From Patescibacteria group bacterium (lineage in GTDB: Bacteria; Patescibacteriota; Patescibacteriia; Magasanikbacterales; GWA2-37-8), in NCBI GenBank assembly GCA_041649475.1, contig JBAZNA010000001.1, forward strand, positions 611,308 through 675,307: a DNA stretch of 64,000 bases. The letters run 5' to 3'. Below are positions 1 to 10,300 of this stretch, piece after piece. The position numbers were made by a program, and so were the translations under genes. Positions within the stretch are counted from its first letter, which is position 1; each line of letters begins with the position of its first letter. Below the pieces are notes generated by a model. That model searched no databases, was not told where the DNA came from, and worked only from the letters and a program-made list of their open reading frames with translations.

Positions 1-1461
1 ACCCAGATTGAAAAAATCCCGCCGCAAAGCATAGAAGCGGAGTCCTCTCTCTTGGGCTCTATTTTATTGGATAAAGACGCAATGCTTAAAATCGCCGACA
101 TTGTTCAACCGGATGATTTCTACAAAAACAGCAACGGACAAATTTATGAGGCCATTTTGGAACTGTACCAAAAAAACGAACCGATTGATTTGTTAACCGT
201 GAGTAACCGTTTGGCTGAAAGAGGCCAGCTAGAAAGCGCCGGCGGCTACAGTTATCTGGTTTCTTTAACCAATTCGGTGCCAACCTCTTCCCATGCCGTC
301 AATTACGCGCATATCATCCATAAAAAAGCCACCCGGCGCCGGATGCTCTCCGCGGCCCAGGAAATCGGCCGGCTCGGTTATGATGAAGAAGAAGAACTGG
401 AGACCTTGCTTGACCAGGCCCAGAGACAGTTGTTTGGTGTTTCCCAAAACTACATGAAGCAAACATTTTCACCAATTCGCGGCGTCTTGGCCGAGGCCTT
501 TGACCGCATTGATGAACTTCATAAAAATAAAGGGCAATTACGCGGATTGCCGACCGGATTTGGTGACCTGGATAATTTGCTGGCCGGCTTGCAAAAATCT
601 GACTTAGTAATTTTAGCCGCTCGCCCCAGCGTCGGAAAAACTTCTTTGGCTTTGGACATTGTACGCAACGTGGCTGTTAAAAGAAAAACACCGGTCGGAT
701 TATTTTCTCTGGAAATGAGCAAGGAACAATTGGTTGACCGCTTGCTTTGTTCAGAGGCCAATGTTGACTTGTGGAAAATGCGTACCGGCCGTTTGAGTGA
801 GCGCCCGGAAGACGACGATTTTCCGCGCATCGGCCACGCCATGGGCGTACTCTCCGAAGCGCCGATTTTTATAGACGACTCCCCCAATATAAATATAATG
901 CAGATCAGAACCAAAGCCCGCCGTTTGCAAATGGAGCACGGACTGGGATTGATTGTGATTGATTATTTACAACTAATGGAATCAAGAGGCGGCGTGGAAA
1001 ACCGCGTGCAGGAAGTGGCGGAAATCACCCGCGGATTAAAGGGTATTGCCAGAGAATTGAACATCCCGGTTTTGGCTCTATCACAATTGTCGCGCAGTGT
1101 GGAAATGAGTAAGCCGGCAATTCCAAAGTTGGCGCATTTACGAGAATCAGGATCAATTGAACAAGATGCGGACGTGGTTTTGTTTATTTACCGCAAATCC
1201 GCTGACCGGGGCTACCGCATGGAAGATATTTCTCCGGATGAAAGATTTGTAGCGGAAATTCATATTGCCAAACACCGCAACGGTCCGACCGGTTTGGTGA
1301 AAATGATTTTTGACGAACCGCGGGCGTCGTTTAGAAATATGACCACGCAGTATAATTCCGGCAGTGCGCCCCAGCAACAAAATCCGGCTCCGCAACCGCA
1401 GGTATTAAAACCAAAATCGGCGTTTATACAAAATACCAATCCGGAATTACCTCCGGTATAA
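1..1461 (+). CDS. dnaB: Replicative DNA helicase DnaB, 5'-truncated by window edge (reading frame is open from nt 1; the listed ORF start at 52 is a TTG inside the gene)
   Basis: DnaB N-terminal domain motifs (IEAE.S.LGSILLD) are visible. The C-terminal RecA-like domain carries Walker A ARPSVGKTSLALD and Walker B LIVIDYLQLM. The frame continues upstream to nt 1. Confidence 0.9.
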   Translation, partial: TQIEKIPPQSIEAESSLLGSILLDKDAMLKIADIVQPDDFYKNSNGQIYEAILELYQKNEPIDLLTVSNRLAERGQLESAGGYSYLVSLTNSVPTSSHAVNYAHIIHKKATRRRMLSAAQEIGRLGYDEEEELETLLDQAQRQLFGVSQNYMKQTFSPIRGVLAEAFDRIDELHKNKGQLRGLPTGFGDLDNLLAGLQKSDLVILAARPSVGKTSLALDIVRNVAVKRKTPVGLFSLEMSKEQLVDRLLCSEANVDLWKMRTGRLSERPEDDDFPRIGHAMGVLSEAPIFIDDSPNINIMQIRTKARRLQMEHGLGLIVIDYLQLMESRGGVENRVQEVAEITRGLKGIARELNIPVLALSQLSRSVEMSKPAIPKLAHLRESGSIEQDADVVLFIYRKSADRGYRMEDISPDERFVAEIHIAKHRNGPTGLVKMIFDEPRASFRNMTTQYNSGSAPQQQNPAPQPQVLKPKSAFIQNTNPELPPV

Positions 1462-1471
1462 ATTTAAACAT

Positions 1472-1765
1472 ATGTCAATGTTTTCAAAATTAAAACAGTT
1501 TAAAGACATGCGCGATCAGGGTAAAAAACTGCAGGGCGCACTCTCCGGCGAATCAGTGACCACACAAAGCGGCGGCGTGGCCGTAACCTTAGACGGCAAT
1601 ATGCAGATGACCGGCATTGCTATAGACGACGAATTGCTAAATCCCGCCAGAAAAGAAAAACTGCAGAACTCAATTAAAGACGCTTACGGCGACGCTCTCA
1701 AAAAAATCCAAAGAATCATGGCTAATAAAATGCAGGCCATGGGCGGATTTCCAGGATTAAAATAA
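1472..1765 (+). CDS. ybaB: YbaB/EbfC family nucleoid-associated protein
   Basis: 97 aa with a typical YbaB sequence (MQMTGIAIDDELL...KDAYGDALKKIQ). Lies between dnaB and recR, as in the conserved dnaX/ybaB/recR neighbourhood. Confidence 0.8.
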   Translation: MSMFSKLKQFKDMRDQGKKLQGALSGESVTTQSGGVAVTLDGNMQMTGIAIDDELLNPARKEKLQNSIKDAYGDALKKIQRIMANKMQAMGGFPGLK

Positions 1766-1787
1766 CTGCCGGCGCGGACGCGGTTTT

Positions 1788-2390
1788 ATGTACTCCAAAT
1801 CCATAAATAATTTGATTGAGGCCTTCAGACAACTGCCTTCGGTCGGCCAGCGCACTGCCGAAAGGTTTGTTTTTCATTTATTAAAATCCGGTAAAAAAGA
1901 AGTGGGCGAACTTACCCTGGCTTTAAAAGATTTAATTGATAATATTAAGAGTTGTGAAGTGTGCTGGGATTTCAGCGACGAAAATCCCTGCCGGATTTGC
2001 GCCAACAAAAACCGCGAGCAGGATATAATGTGCGTGGTCGCTGACCCGCAGGATGTTCCGGTGATTGAACGCACCAATGCTTTTGCCGGGTTATACCATG
2101 TTTTGCGCGGAGTGATTGAACCGGGCGATGAAGACGGTCTGGATAAATTAAAAATCAAGGAATTATTCGGGCGAATAAAAGCTCAAAAAAATCTGAAGGA
2201 AATCATTCTGGCGTTGAACCCTGATTTGTCCGGCGAAACCACCATGCTCTATTTGGACAAAGAAATTAAAAAAATAAATCCAAAAATAAAAATCTCCCGC
2301 CCGGCGCGCGGTTTACCTATGGGAAGCGACTTGCAATACGCTGATGAAATAACCTTAGGAAGCGCGTTGAAAAATAGAACGGTGAAATAA
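1788..2390 (+). CDS. recR: Recombination protein RecR
   Basis: 200 aa with HhH motif LPSVGQRTAERFVFHL, a C4 zinc finger (CEVC...CRIC) and a Toprim domain. Confidence 0.9.
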   Translation: MYSKSINNLIEAFRQLPSVGQRTAERFVFHLLKSGKKEVGELTLALKDLIDNIKSCEVCWDFSDENPCRICANKNREQDIMCVVADPQDVPVIERTNAFAGLYHVLRGVIEPGDEDGLDKLKIKELFGRIKAQKNLKEIILALNPDLSGETTMLYLDKEIKKINPKIKISRPARGLPMGSDLQYADEITLGSALKNRTVK

Positions 2391-2416
2391 AAAAGACCCC
2401 ATGTGGGGTCTTTTTA
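2390..2416. terminator. Bidirectional rho-independent terminator between convergent recR and rplU
   Basis: Sequence AAAAGACCCCATGTGGGGTCTTTTT: a 7-bp GC-rich stem with 4-nt loop, flanked by an A-run and a T-run. Confidence 0.65.
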
Positions 2417-2418
2417 GT

Positions 2419-2724
2419 TTACATTATCTTCACTTGGCTATATCTCTGTCTTTGTCCGTGCGCTTTATGGTATCGCACTTTGCGTTTGAATTTCTGCACC
2501 AAGAGTGTTCGGTTTTTGCCTTGTTTTTCCAAAGTCGCTTTAACTGTAACACCTGACAGATACGGCGCGCCGATTTGGACATCACCGCCGTCGTCATTGG
2601 CAGTAAGCAAAACCTCATCAAACACAACCTTCTCCCCTTCTGCCTGGGGCAACTTTTCTATTTTTAAAACTTCACCGGTTTTAACCAAGTATTGTTTTCC
2701 ACCGGTTGCAATTACTGCGTACAT
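2419..2724 (-). CDS. rplU: 50S ribosomal protein L21
   Basis: 101 aa matching the L21 family: MYAVIATGGKQY.V..G....IEKL. Confidence 0.9.
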   Translation of the reverse strand: MYAVIATGGKQYLVKTGEVLKIEKLPQAEGEKVVFDEVLLTANDDGGDVQIGAPYLSGVTVKATLEKQGKNRTLLVQKFKRKVRYHKAHGQRQRYSQVKIM

Positions 2725-2771
2725 ATATGAAAATATTATCTTAAATTGTGTGGCCTAGTATATATGAAAAC

Positions 2772-3242
2772 CTAAATTTTGTCAAACACCACCTCATCCC
2801 CTATTTTTATCCCGGTTTTATCCATAAATCCGGCCGGAAGCTCCAAAACCATGTTTGACGGCTGGCTGGAGAAAAACGGAGTCAGCTGGGCCTCGGTTTT
2901 ACCCGGTTCGGTCTGGATATTTGGCGCAATCTCAACAATTTTATTGCCATTTAACCAGACAATATCCAAAGGAAATCTCATATCCCTCATAACCATGGTG
3001 TGCTGACCAAAATCCGGAAAAACAAACAGCATGCCACCGTAGTTGCCCATATCTTTTTTATTACTCCAGCCCTCCACCTGGTGCGCCGGGGTGTTGGCAA
3101 CCAAAACCTTCAAAACCTCACCGCCGATTTTAACATTCGCTTTCGGCCACATAGATTGATATATCTTAAAAACTATCGCAATTACCAGTATAACCGCAAA
3201 GAAAATTAAATGCCATTTTTTAAGAGGTTTTGATTGTGACAT
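2772..3242 (-). CDS. DUF192 domain protein (membrane-anchored, uncharacterised)
   Basis: N-terminal TM helix plus a conserved DUF192 core (FPLDIVWLN...IVEI). Confidence 0.55.
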   Translation of the reverse strand: MSQSKPLKKWHLIFFAVILVIAIVFKIYQSMWPKANVKIGGEVLKVLVANTPAHQVEGWSNKKDMGNYGGMLFVFPDFGQHTMVMRDMRFPLDIVWLNGNKIVEIAPNIQTEPGKTEAQLTPFFSSQPSNMVLELPAGFMDKTGIKIGDEVVFDKI

Positions 3243-4227
3243 ACGCCATTAATAATACCAAAAATACCAAAGCAAACAACTTTTGCTGGCTTTGAAACAA
3301 TAAAGTGGTAATGCCAAATATAAATGCTAGAGCATACATTAACAGCACGGATTGTTTATGACTCCAGCCGGCGTCCATCAGCCGAAAATGCAAATGCTCA
3401 CGATCACCTTTAAAAATTGATTGCTTGCGGCGGATGCGCGCTACAGCCACTCTGATTAAATCCAAAATCGGTATAGCCATAACCAGTAATGCAGTGGCCA
3501 CTTTACCGCCGGAAATGATTGCCAAAATTCCCAAAATAAAACCGATAAACAAACTGCCACCTTCGCCTAAAAATATTTTAGCCGGATTAAAATTAAAAAT
3601 TAAAAACCCCAGACAACTGCCGGCAAAAATGATCGCCAGCAAGCCGACATTGGGCTGAAAAAATGTCTTGGTATTTGTTAAAAAGAAAATCATCAAAGCG
3701 CCGATAAAAACTATGCCTGTGGATAAGCCGTCTAGCCCGTCTAAAATTTTTGTCGTATACATCATGCCCATCAGCCACAAAAAAGCAAAAATACCGCCGA
3801 CTATCAAACCAAAATTAATAATGCCGCCGAATGGGTTGGTAATTTTTTCCAAGCCCACTCCGCCGATGACAGCCACTAGCGCCGCCAAGGCAGTAATCAG
3901 TAACCGAAACTGCGGACTTAATTGTTTGGCATCATCAACCGCGCCCATGATAATTAAAATCAAACCGGCAGCCGCGATCCAAATCAATTTATTTTTAAAA
4001 ATTTCAATGCCGTAAATCGGGTTTAATAATAAAAACCCAACCACCAAAGAAAAAGAAATAAAAATGGCCACACCCCCCAAAAGCGGAGTTGGCCCAAAAT
4101 GTTTTTTTCGCTGTTGATCCGGCACATCCACAATTTGAAAACGCAAAGCCAATCGCCTGACGACGATGGTAAACAAAATTGATGACGCTAACGCGGCTAA
4201 AAAATATATCAAGTAAGTATAAAACAT
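3220..4227 (-). CDS. Glycosyltransferase family 4 polyprenyl-phosphate HexNAc-1-phosphate transferase (WecA/TagO/MraY family)
   Basis: Polytopic membrane protein with a DDxxQ motif and C-terminal GDREHLHFRLM, which resembles WecA HIHHRL more than MraY HHHFE. Confidence 0.7.
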   Translation of the reverse strand: MFYTYLIYFLAALASSILFTIVVRRLALRFQIVDVPDQQRKKHFGPTPLLGGVAIFISFSLVVGFLLLNPIYGIEIFKNKLIWIAAAGLILIIMGAVDDAKQLSPQFRLLITALAALVAVIGGVGLEKITNPFGGIINFGLIVGGIFAFLWLMGMMYTTKILDGLDGLSTGIVFIGALMIFFLTNTKTFFQPNVGLLAIIFAGSCLGFLIFNFNPAKIFLGEGGSLFIGFILGILAIISGGKVATALLVMAIPILDLIRVAVARIRRKQSIFKGDREHLHFRLMDAGWSHKQSVLLMYALAFIFGITTLLFQSQQKLFALVFLVLLMAYVTIKTS

Positions 4228-4229
4228 AA

Positions 4230-6959
4230 CTATTCCACGCGAATATTCCCGCCTTCGCCAATGACTACAGTATCTCTCCTTTTCAGTTTTCCGGCAAGCA
4301 ATAAATCAGCCAGCTTGTTTTCCACTCTCTCCTGTAAAACACGGCGCATGGGCCTGGCGCCAAACTCCGGATCAAAACCGGCTTCGGCCAAATAACTGAT
4401 GGCCCCATCTTCAACTTTCATTTGCACGCCTTTGACTTCCAATTCTTTAACAATTCTCTGTAACATCAATCCGGCCACTTTCTGTATCGCTTCTTTATCC
4501 AGCGGTTTGAATAATATTATGCCGTCAAAACGATTTAAAAATTCCGGCCGGAAATATTGTTTTAATTCCCCGTGCAACAATCTTTCTTTTATCGCTTCCT
4601 GTGATAAACCGGCGCGCATTTGTTCTGACACATAACTTGTGCCGGCATTGGAGGTGGCAATCAAAATTATATTGGTAAAATCAACCGCCCGGCCGGTGCT
4701 GTCTGACAGGCGCCCGTCATCCATCACCTGTAAAAACAAATTTAAAATATCCGGGTCGGCTTTTTCAATTTCATCTAAAAGCAAAAGCGCAAACGGATGG
4801 CGGCGCACTGATTCCGTCAAAATACCGCTGCCTTTTTGTCCGGCCGCGCCGATAAGCCGCGACAGACCGGATTTTTCCTGGTATTCACTCATATCCAAAC
4901 GGATCATGCGATCTTCGCCGCCAAAATATACTTCGGCAATGGTTTTTGCCAGTTCGGTTTTGCCGACGCCGGTGGGGCCGAGAAATAAAAAGTTGGCGAT
5001 TGGTCTTTTGGCGGAACGGATTTCGGCGCGGGCGCGGCGCAAAGAACTGGCCACCGCATCAACGCCTTCGTCCTGGCCGATTACCCGCTTGTGCATTTCT
5101 GCTTCCAGATTTAATAACTTGGTTGACTCGTCACTTGATACAGTGGTAAGCGGGATTTTTGTTTTTTCCGCAATCACGGCCGCCACTTCTTCTCCGGTCA
5201 CCAAAGTGTTGGCACCTTTTTTGTTATGAGCAAAACTGGCCGCTTCAGTCATTATCTCCAAGGCGCTGCCCGGCAGATATATTTCGTGGATAAATTTGGC
5301 GGAAAACTGCGCTGCCTTTTCAATCGCGTCATAAGAAAAGAAAACATTTTGTTTGTATTCCGCCTCCCCTACTTTTGATTCCAAAACCTGAATCGCTTGG
5401 TTGACATCCATCTCCGGCACATCAATTTTTGTAAACACGTTGCCCATAGTTGAATTGGCAATGTGTTTGGCAAAATCCTCATTAGTGGTGGTGGCAACGG
5501 TTAAAAACCGGCCGCTGGTTAAAAATTCCGCCAAAGTGTCGGCGACATCCAAACTACCCTCTTGCCCGCCGGCAGACACACCTATCAGTTCATGAATATT
5601 GTGGATAAACAAAATCACATTGCGGGCGCGAGAAATTTCATGCATAATATTTCGCAATCTATCAACCGCTCCGGCCGGGTCTGTACCACCCAACAATGCG
5701 GACACGCTTAAGCGCACCATGCGCTTGTCTTTGAGGCGATCCGGCACATCATCAGCCACCATGCTTTGAGCAACCCCTTCCACAATTGATCTTTTACCCA
5801 CGCCATGATCACCAACCAGCAAAACATTATGCTGACCGCCCTCAACCACCCGGTATATTTCTTCAATTTCTTTTACTCGCGCCACGCAGGGATTTAAATG
5901 TCCGAATTGCGCGAGTAAAGTTAAGTCGTCACTGAATTGATTTAAATAGGGAGTGGCCAAGGCGGTCATGGCTTTGTCCATGCCATATTTTGACCGATGC
6001 GACGCGGCCCGGGCAAATTTTACGTATTGGCGATGCAGTCGCTCCCGAATTCGCGCCCACTCAATCACATTGGCCAATTTTTGATTATTAATATCTAAAG
6101 CAAACATTATTTCCTGGATTTCCGGCGACTCTTTGACCGCGCAAATTAAAAGCTCGGTTACGCTCACATATTCCTGGTGAGCGTTATAGGCCTCTTCATA
6201 GGCCTGAAAAATTATTTGTTGGAAATCGGCCGACAGAACCGGCGCTGATTTGATTTTTTCTTCAGTTAATTCCAATTTACTGATTTGTTCTTCAAACACG
6301 CTGGCCGGAATGCCCAAACGGATAAAAATATTGCCGATGCGATTAAATTTTAACAGGGCCAAAAACAAATCAATCGGCCCGACTTCTTTTTTCCCGTATT
6401 TATCCGCCAATTTATACGCACTACCCAGGGCAGACATGGCCTCGGCAGTAAAGGTCTCAGTAATATTCAATCGTTTTTTCCACGGCACGCGCTTGATCTG
6501 GTCCCAGACATTTATATTTAAGCCCTCATCTTTTTCCGGCTGTTTATCAAACTCATACTCAAATCTTTCCACCATGCCCGTAAATTCGCCTTGTTTAATA
6601 ACGCGATACCATAAATACAATAATCCGATGACGCCGAGATAAAATAAATATGAAAAAACCATTTGCCCGGATTTATACACTCCAAATCCGACCCAGATCC
6701 AACAAGTTAGAGTAAAAACCAAAGCCGTAATCACCCGGATTTTATTAAGTATTCGCCTGCCTCTTTGTAAAGCAATGTTATAACGCGTGAGCGGATAATT
6801 CCAATACAGCCATTTACTTCGTAAATAAACACCCATCCGCGTTTCAGCGCGCTTGTTATTGGTTAAAATATTCAGTGGTGGAGATTTTTGAAAATCCATA
6901 TTCAGGTCAGGCGCCAAAAGGCAATTTAATAGAAAAAGGATGGAGAAAACCGTAGACAA
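4230..6959 (-). CDS. ClpA/ClpC-like two-domain AAA+ chaperone with N-terminal membrane-anchor extension and degenerate D1 ATPase motifs
   Basis: Clp_N repeats are present. D1 P-loop is GDHGVGKRS (consensus GEPGVGKT) and the D1 Walker B position reads FIHN instead of FIDE. D2 has intact Walker A GPTGVGKT and Walker B LLLLDEIEKA, plus sensor-2 GARP.R. There is no long ClpB-type M-domain. The N-terminal ~130 aa hold two hydrophobic helices. Start codon is uncertain (TTG at 6959, ATG at 6899 or 6829). Confidence 0.8.
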   Translation of the reverse strand: MSTVFSILFLLNCLLAPDLNMDFQKSPPLNILTNNKRAETRMGVYLRSKWLYWNYPLTRYNIALQRGRRILNKIRVITALVFTLTCWIWVGFGVYKSGQMVFSYLFYLGVIGLLYLWYRVIKQGEFTGMVERFEYEFDKQPEKDEGLNINVWDQIKRVPWKKRLNITETFTAEAMSALGSAYKLADKYGKKEVGPIDLFLALLKFNRIGNIFIRLGIPASVFEEQISKLELTEEKIKSAPVLSADFQQIIFQAYEEAYNAHQEYVSVTELLICAVKESPEIQEIMFALDINNQKLANVIEWARIRERLHRQYVKFARAASHRSKYGMDKAMTALATPYLNQFSDDLTLLAQFGHLNPCVARVKEIEEIYRVVEGGQHNVLLVGDHGVGKRSIVEGVAQSMVADDVPDRLKDKRMVRLSVSALLGGTDPAGAVDRLRNIMHEISRARNVILFIHNIHELIGVSAGGQEGSLDVADTLAEFLTSGRFLTVATTTNEDFAKHIANSTMGNVFTKIDVPEMDVNQAIQVLESKVGEAEYKQNVFFSYDAIEKAAQFSAKFIHEIYLPGSALEIMTEAASFAHNKKGANTLVTGEEVAAVIAEKTKIPLTTVSSDESTKLLNLEAEMHKRVIGQDEGVDAVASSLRRARAEIRSAKRPIANFLFLGPTGVGKTELAKTIAEVYFGGEDRMIRLDMSEYQEKSGLSRLIGAAGQKGSGILTESVRRHPFALLLLDEIEKADPDILNLFLQVMDDGRLSDSTGRAVDFTNIILIATSNAGTSYVSEQMRAGLSQEAIKERLLHGELKQYFRPEFLNRFDGIILFKPLDKEAIQKVAGLMLQRIVKELEVKGVQMKVEDGAISYLAEAGFDPEFGARPMRRVLQERVENKLADLLLAGKLKRRDTVVIGEGGNIRVE

Positions 6960-7281
6960 CAGCGAGCGGCAACGCCAGCCATACTAAAAATAAAAGCAAA
7001 CAAACCGCCAGCCAGAACATTAAACCGATGGTTCTGATAATTATTTGAAAAAACCGCATGATAAAACTGATGATTCTGCCCTGGATGTCATACTGGCCAA
7101 ACATTGGCACAAAAATATTGGCCAGCCACAAACCGGGCGCCAGATTTTGATTGCCGCTTCTAAATAAATTTAAACACCACTTGGCCGCGTGCAAAGTTCC
7201 TTTCGTATACCACCAAAGCGGAAAATAAAAAAAATCTAAAATTATTTCTAGAAAAAGCCTTTGAAAAACTATCAAAAACAT
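6907..7281 (-). CDS. Small polytopic membrane protein, hypothetical
   Basis: 124-aa hydrophobic ORF. Overlaps the annotated 5' end of the Clp-like ORF by about 50 nt. Confidence 0.35.
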   Translation of the reverse strand: MFLIVFQRLFLEIILDFFYFPLWWYTKGTLHAAKWCLNLFRSGNQNLAPGLWLANIFVPMFGQYDIQGRIISFIMRFFQIIIRTIGLMFWLAVCLLLFLVWLALPLAVVYGFLHPFSIKLPFGA

Positions 7282-7303
7282 ACAACAGTATTATACCACA
7301 CTT

Positions 7304-10300
7304 TTACCTCATCATCTCCACAATCTTCGCCCGGGTCTTCGGTCCGAAGATGCCGTAGCCGTAAATGGAGGGGCTGGTGATTTTGTATTTAAGCTGGAAT
7401 CTCTGCACGGCTTTTTTGGTGGCAGAATCGAAATAGCCGGTGATTTTAGCTTCCGGATAGATGGCTTTGTTCTGGGCGAGGATGGTTTGGAGGACTTTGA
7501 CGTCTGTGCCGGATGAACCCAGTTGCAGGCTTCTGGTAAAAAGGTACTTGGGTGAGGAGGTGGGCAGTTGGTAAGTTTTGGTGAGATAGCCTCTGGTTAT
7601 GGTATCAAACCGGCCAATGGTGGTGGAAGCGATAGTGTTGGCGGTTTGATAGTTCTTTACTGCATTTTTGGTTAAAGGGCCATAGTAACCGGTTTTCAGC
7701 TTCTGGGGATAGATGCCGGGTATTTCAGAGAGGATGTTTTGCAATATTTTGACATCATAGCCGATGTTTCCGACATAGAGATTTCTGCCAAAGACGGTGG
7801 ATAAGATAAGCTTGGAGAGATCAGATAAAACCGAGGTAACTACAGTGATTGGGGTGGAGGTGGTGGTTGTGAGATTGGTGTTGCTGTTATTGTTGTTTTG
7901 CTGATTGGTTGAAGTGGAAAAAAGGTTAAACAAAGTGGAGGTGGAGAGGGAGGAAGTGGAGAGAACAGCCCCCGACCCCGACGAAATTGGAAACACCACG
8001 CTGGGACCGCCGCCGCCGTTTTTATGAATAGTGACCGGAATAGAGACAATGGCGATGCCTTCATAACCGGAGTCAGAGCTGGAAGCGGTGTTAGAGATAG
8101 TGACATTGTGATTGCCGGTAAAGGTACTGCCATTGGCGGCCATGGTGACGGTTTGAGCTGTATACCAGGTGGTGGAGGTGAAGGTTAAGGTGGAGGGATA
8201 AAAGACCATCTGGGTGCTGGTGGGAGCGGAGACAGTGATAATGACACTAGCAGAGGGCTGTGCGGCCAAAACAATGCTGAAGGTGTCGGTCATGCCGTCT
8301 TCCCAGACATTGGTGCTGGCTTTCTGGGAGACGGTGACGCCGGCGCCGGTGGTGTGGGTGTTGAGGAGGATGGATAGAGAACCGGTGAAATCTACCACAG
8401 CCAGATCGGGTTTAGAATCTTTATTAAGATCATCAGCAGTCACCCAATATACCTGACCGCCTATGGCATACGTTGTGGCTGAACCAAAGGTGCCGTTGCC
8501 TAAACCTAAAAGAACAGAAACAGAGCCATTCCCGCCGCTTCCTATATTGGCCACAGCTAAATCTTCATTACCGTCTTCATTAAAATCTTCCGAGGCTATA
8601 CCCGTCGGGGATGTGCCAACCGTATAATTTGTCGCCGAACCAAAGGTGCCATTGCCGTTGTTTAAAAGAATGGAAACGGTGGTACCAGGGTTTGAAGAAT
8701 CATAAAGAGTATTGTTATTGGCCACAGCTAAATCAAAGTAGCCGTCTCCATTAAAATCAGTTGTAGCCGTGTAAAATGGACCAGCACCAACAGTATAAGG
8801 TGTGGCCGCGCCAAAAGTGCCGTTGCCGTTGCCTAAAAGCACAGAGACGGTACTGCCCATACCACTAGGCGCAATCAAATCAATTTTACCATCAGAATTA
8901 AGATCAGCGGCTGAAACCGTAACAATTCCCATGCCAACCGTATAATTTGTCGCCGAACCAAAGGTGCCATTGCCGTTGTTTAATAAAACATAAACATCTG
9001 TACCTACGAAATCTCCTTCTATCAGATCGGATTTATTATCTCCATTAACATCAGCGGTAGTTACCCAAAGCCCCCCAGACGCAGCACCATAAGGAGTCAA
9101 ATCTCTGAATGTGCCGTCACCATTACCAAAAACAACAGAAACAGTCCCTGCCGTATAATTGGCAAAAGCCAAATCAAGGTGGCCGTCAGAATTAAAGTCA
9201 GAGACAGCCATACCACCGACATAAGTTTCCATGGGTACACTACCTAATGCGGAGAACGAGCCGTCACCATTGCCAAGGACAACAGTAAGGGTGCCTGTTA
9301 ATAAACTACCAACTACCAGATCTGTGTTTCCATCTTCATTAAAATCAGCGGCCACAGTATGAACAGGATATGAATCAACATCATAAGCAACCGGATCGGC
9401 AAATAAAGAACTTGAAAATAGTCCTCCCCTATTCCCAATTAAAATTGAATAACTGCTAGCAGAAGAATCTGCCACAACAATATCCGGCCAAAAATCTCCA
9501 CTGAAGTCAGTCGTTAATACAGTAAGGGGTTTGGTGCCAAGAGAATAGGCAGTGGAAGTGGCAAAGGTGCCAATACCGGTGCCAAAGAGAGTAGAGATGG
9601 TATTAGCGCTATAGTTGGAGGTGATAAGATCTCTTTTGCCGTCACCATTAAGGTCGTAATTGGTTATTGATCTGGGAGAGGCACCAACAGCGTAGGTGGT
9701 GTTTTGAAGGGTAAATGTTCCGGAACCTGAATTTAAAAGAATGGATACGGTATTAGAGGCGCTATTAGCAGTGACAATATCATATAAATTATCCGAATTG
9801 AAATCATAGGTAGTGATTGAGTAAGGAAAAGTTCCATCGCCAATATTGTAATTTACTGCCGCCGAAAAAGTGCCGGTAACAGAAGAATTTAAAAGAATAG
9901 AGACAGTACTGCTGCTAAAGTTGGCCACGGCCAAATCATTTTTATTGTCAGAATTAAAATCAGCGGAAATGATTGATATTGGCTTGCTGTTGACACTGTA
10001 GTTAGTGACTGATCCAAAAGTGCCGTTGCCAACTCCGAACAAGACAGAGACATTGTCTGAACCATAATTGGCGACGGCTAAATCGGTCTTGCCGTCAACA
10101 TTAAAGTCACCGGTAGTTACAGAATAGGGAGAAGAAGAAACAGTGTAATTAGTGGCTGTGCCAAAAGTGCCGTTACCGACACCGAGGAGAATGGAGATGT
10201 TATCACTGCCGCTATTGGCCACGGCCAAATCCAGATAACTATCACTATTAAAATATCCTAAAACAATGGCTTTGGGGCTGGTGCTGACATTGTAGTTAAC

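Noticed and set aside
3220-4227. Calling the GT4 membrane transferase MraY
   Set aside because: The C-terminal motif is HLHFRLM (WecA/TagO-like), not the MraY HHHFE motif, so only a family-level call is given.
4230-6959. Calling the AAA+ protein ClpB
   Set aside because: No long coiled-coil middle domain lies between D1 and D2, so it is closer to ClpA/ClpC-type. It is named generically because the ClpP-docking loop is not evident either.
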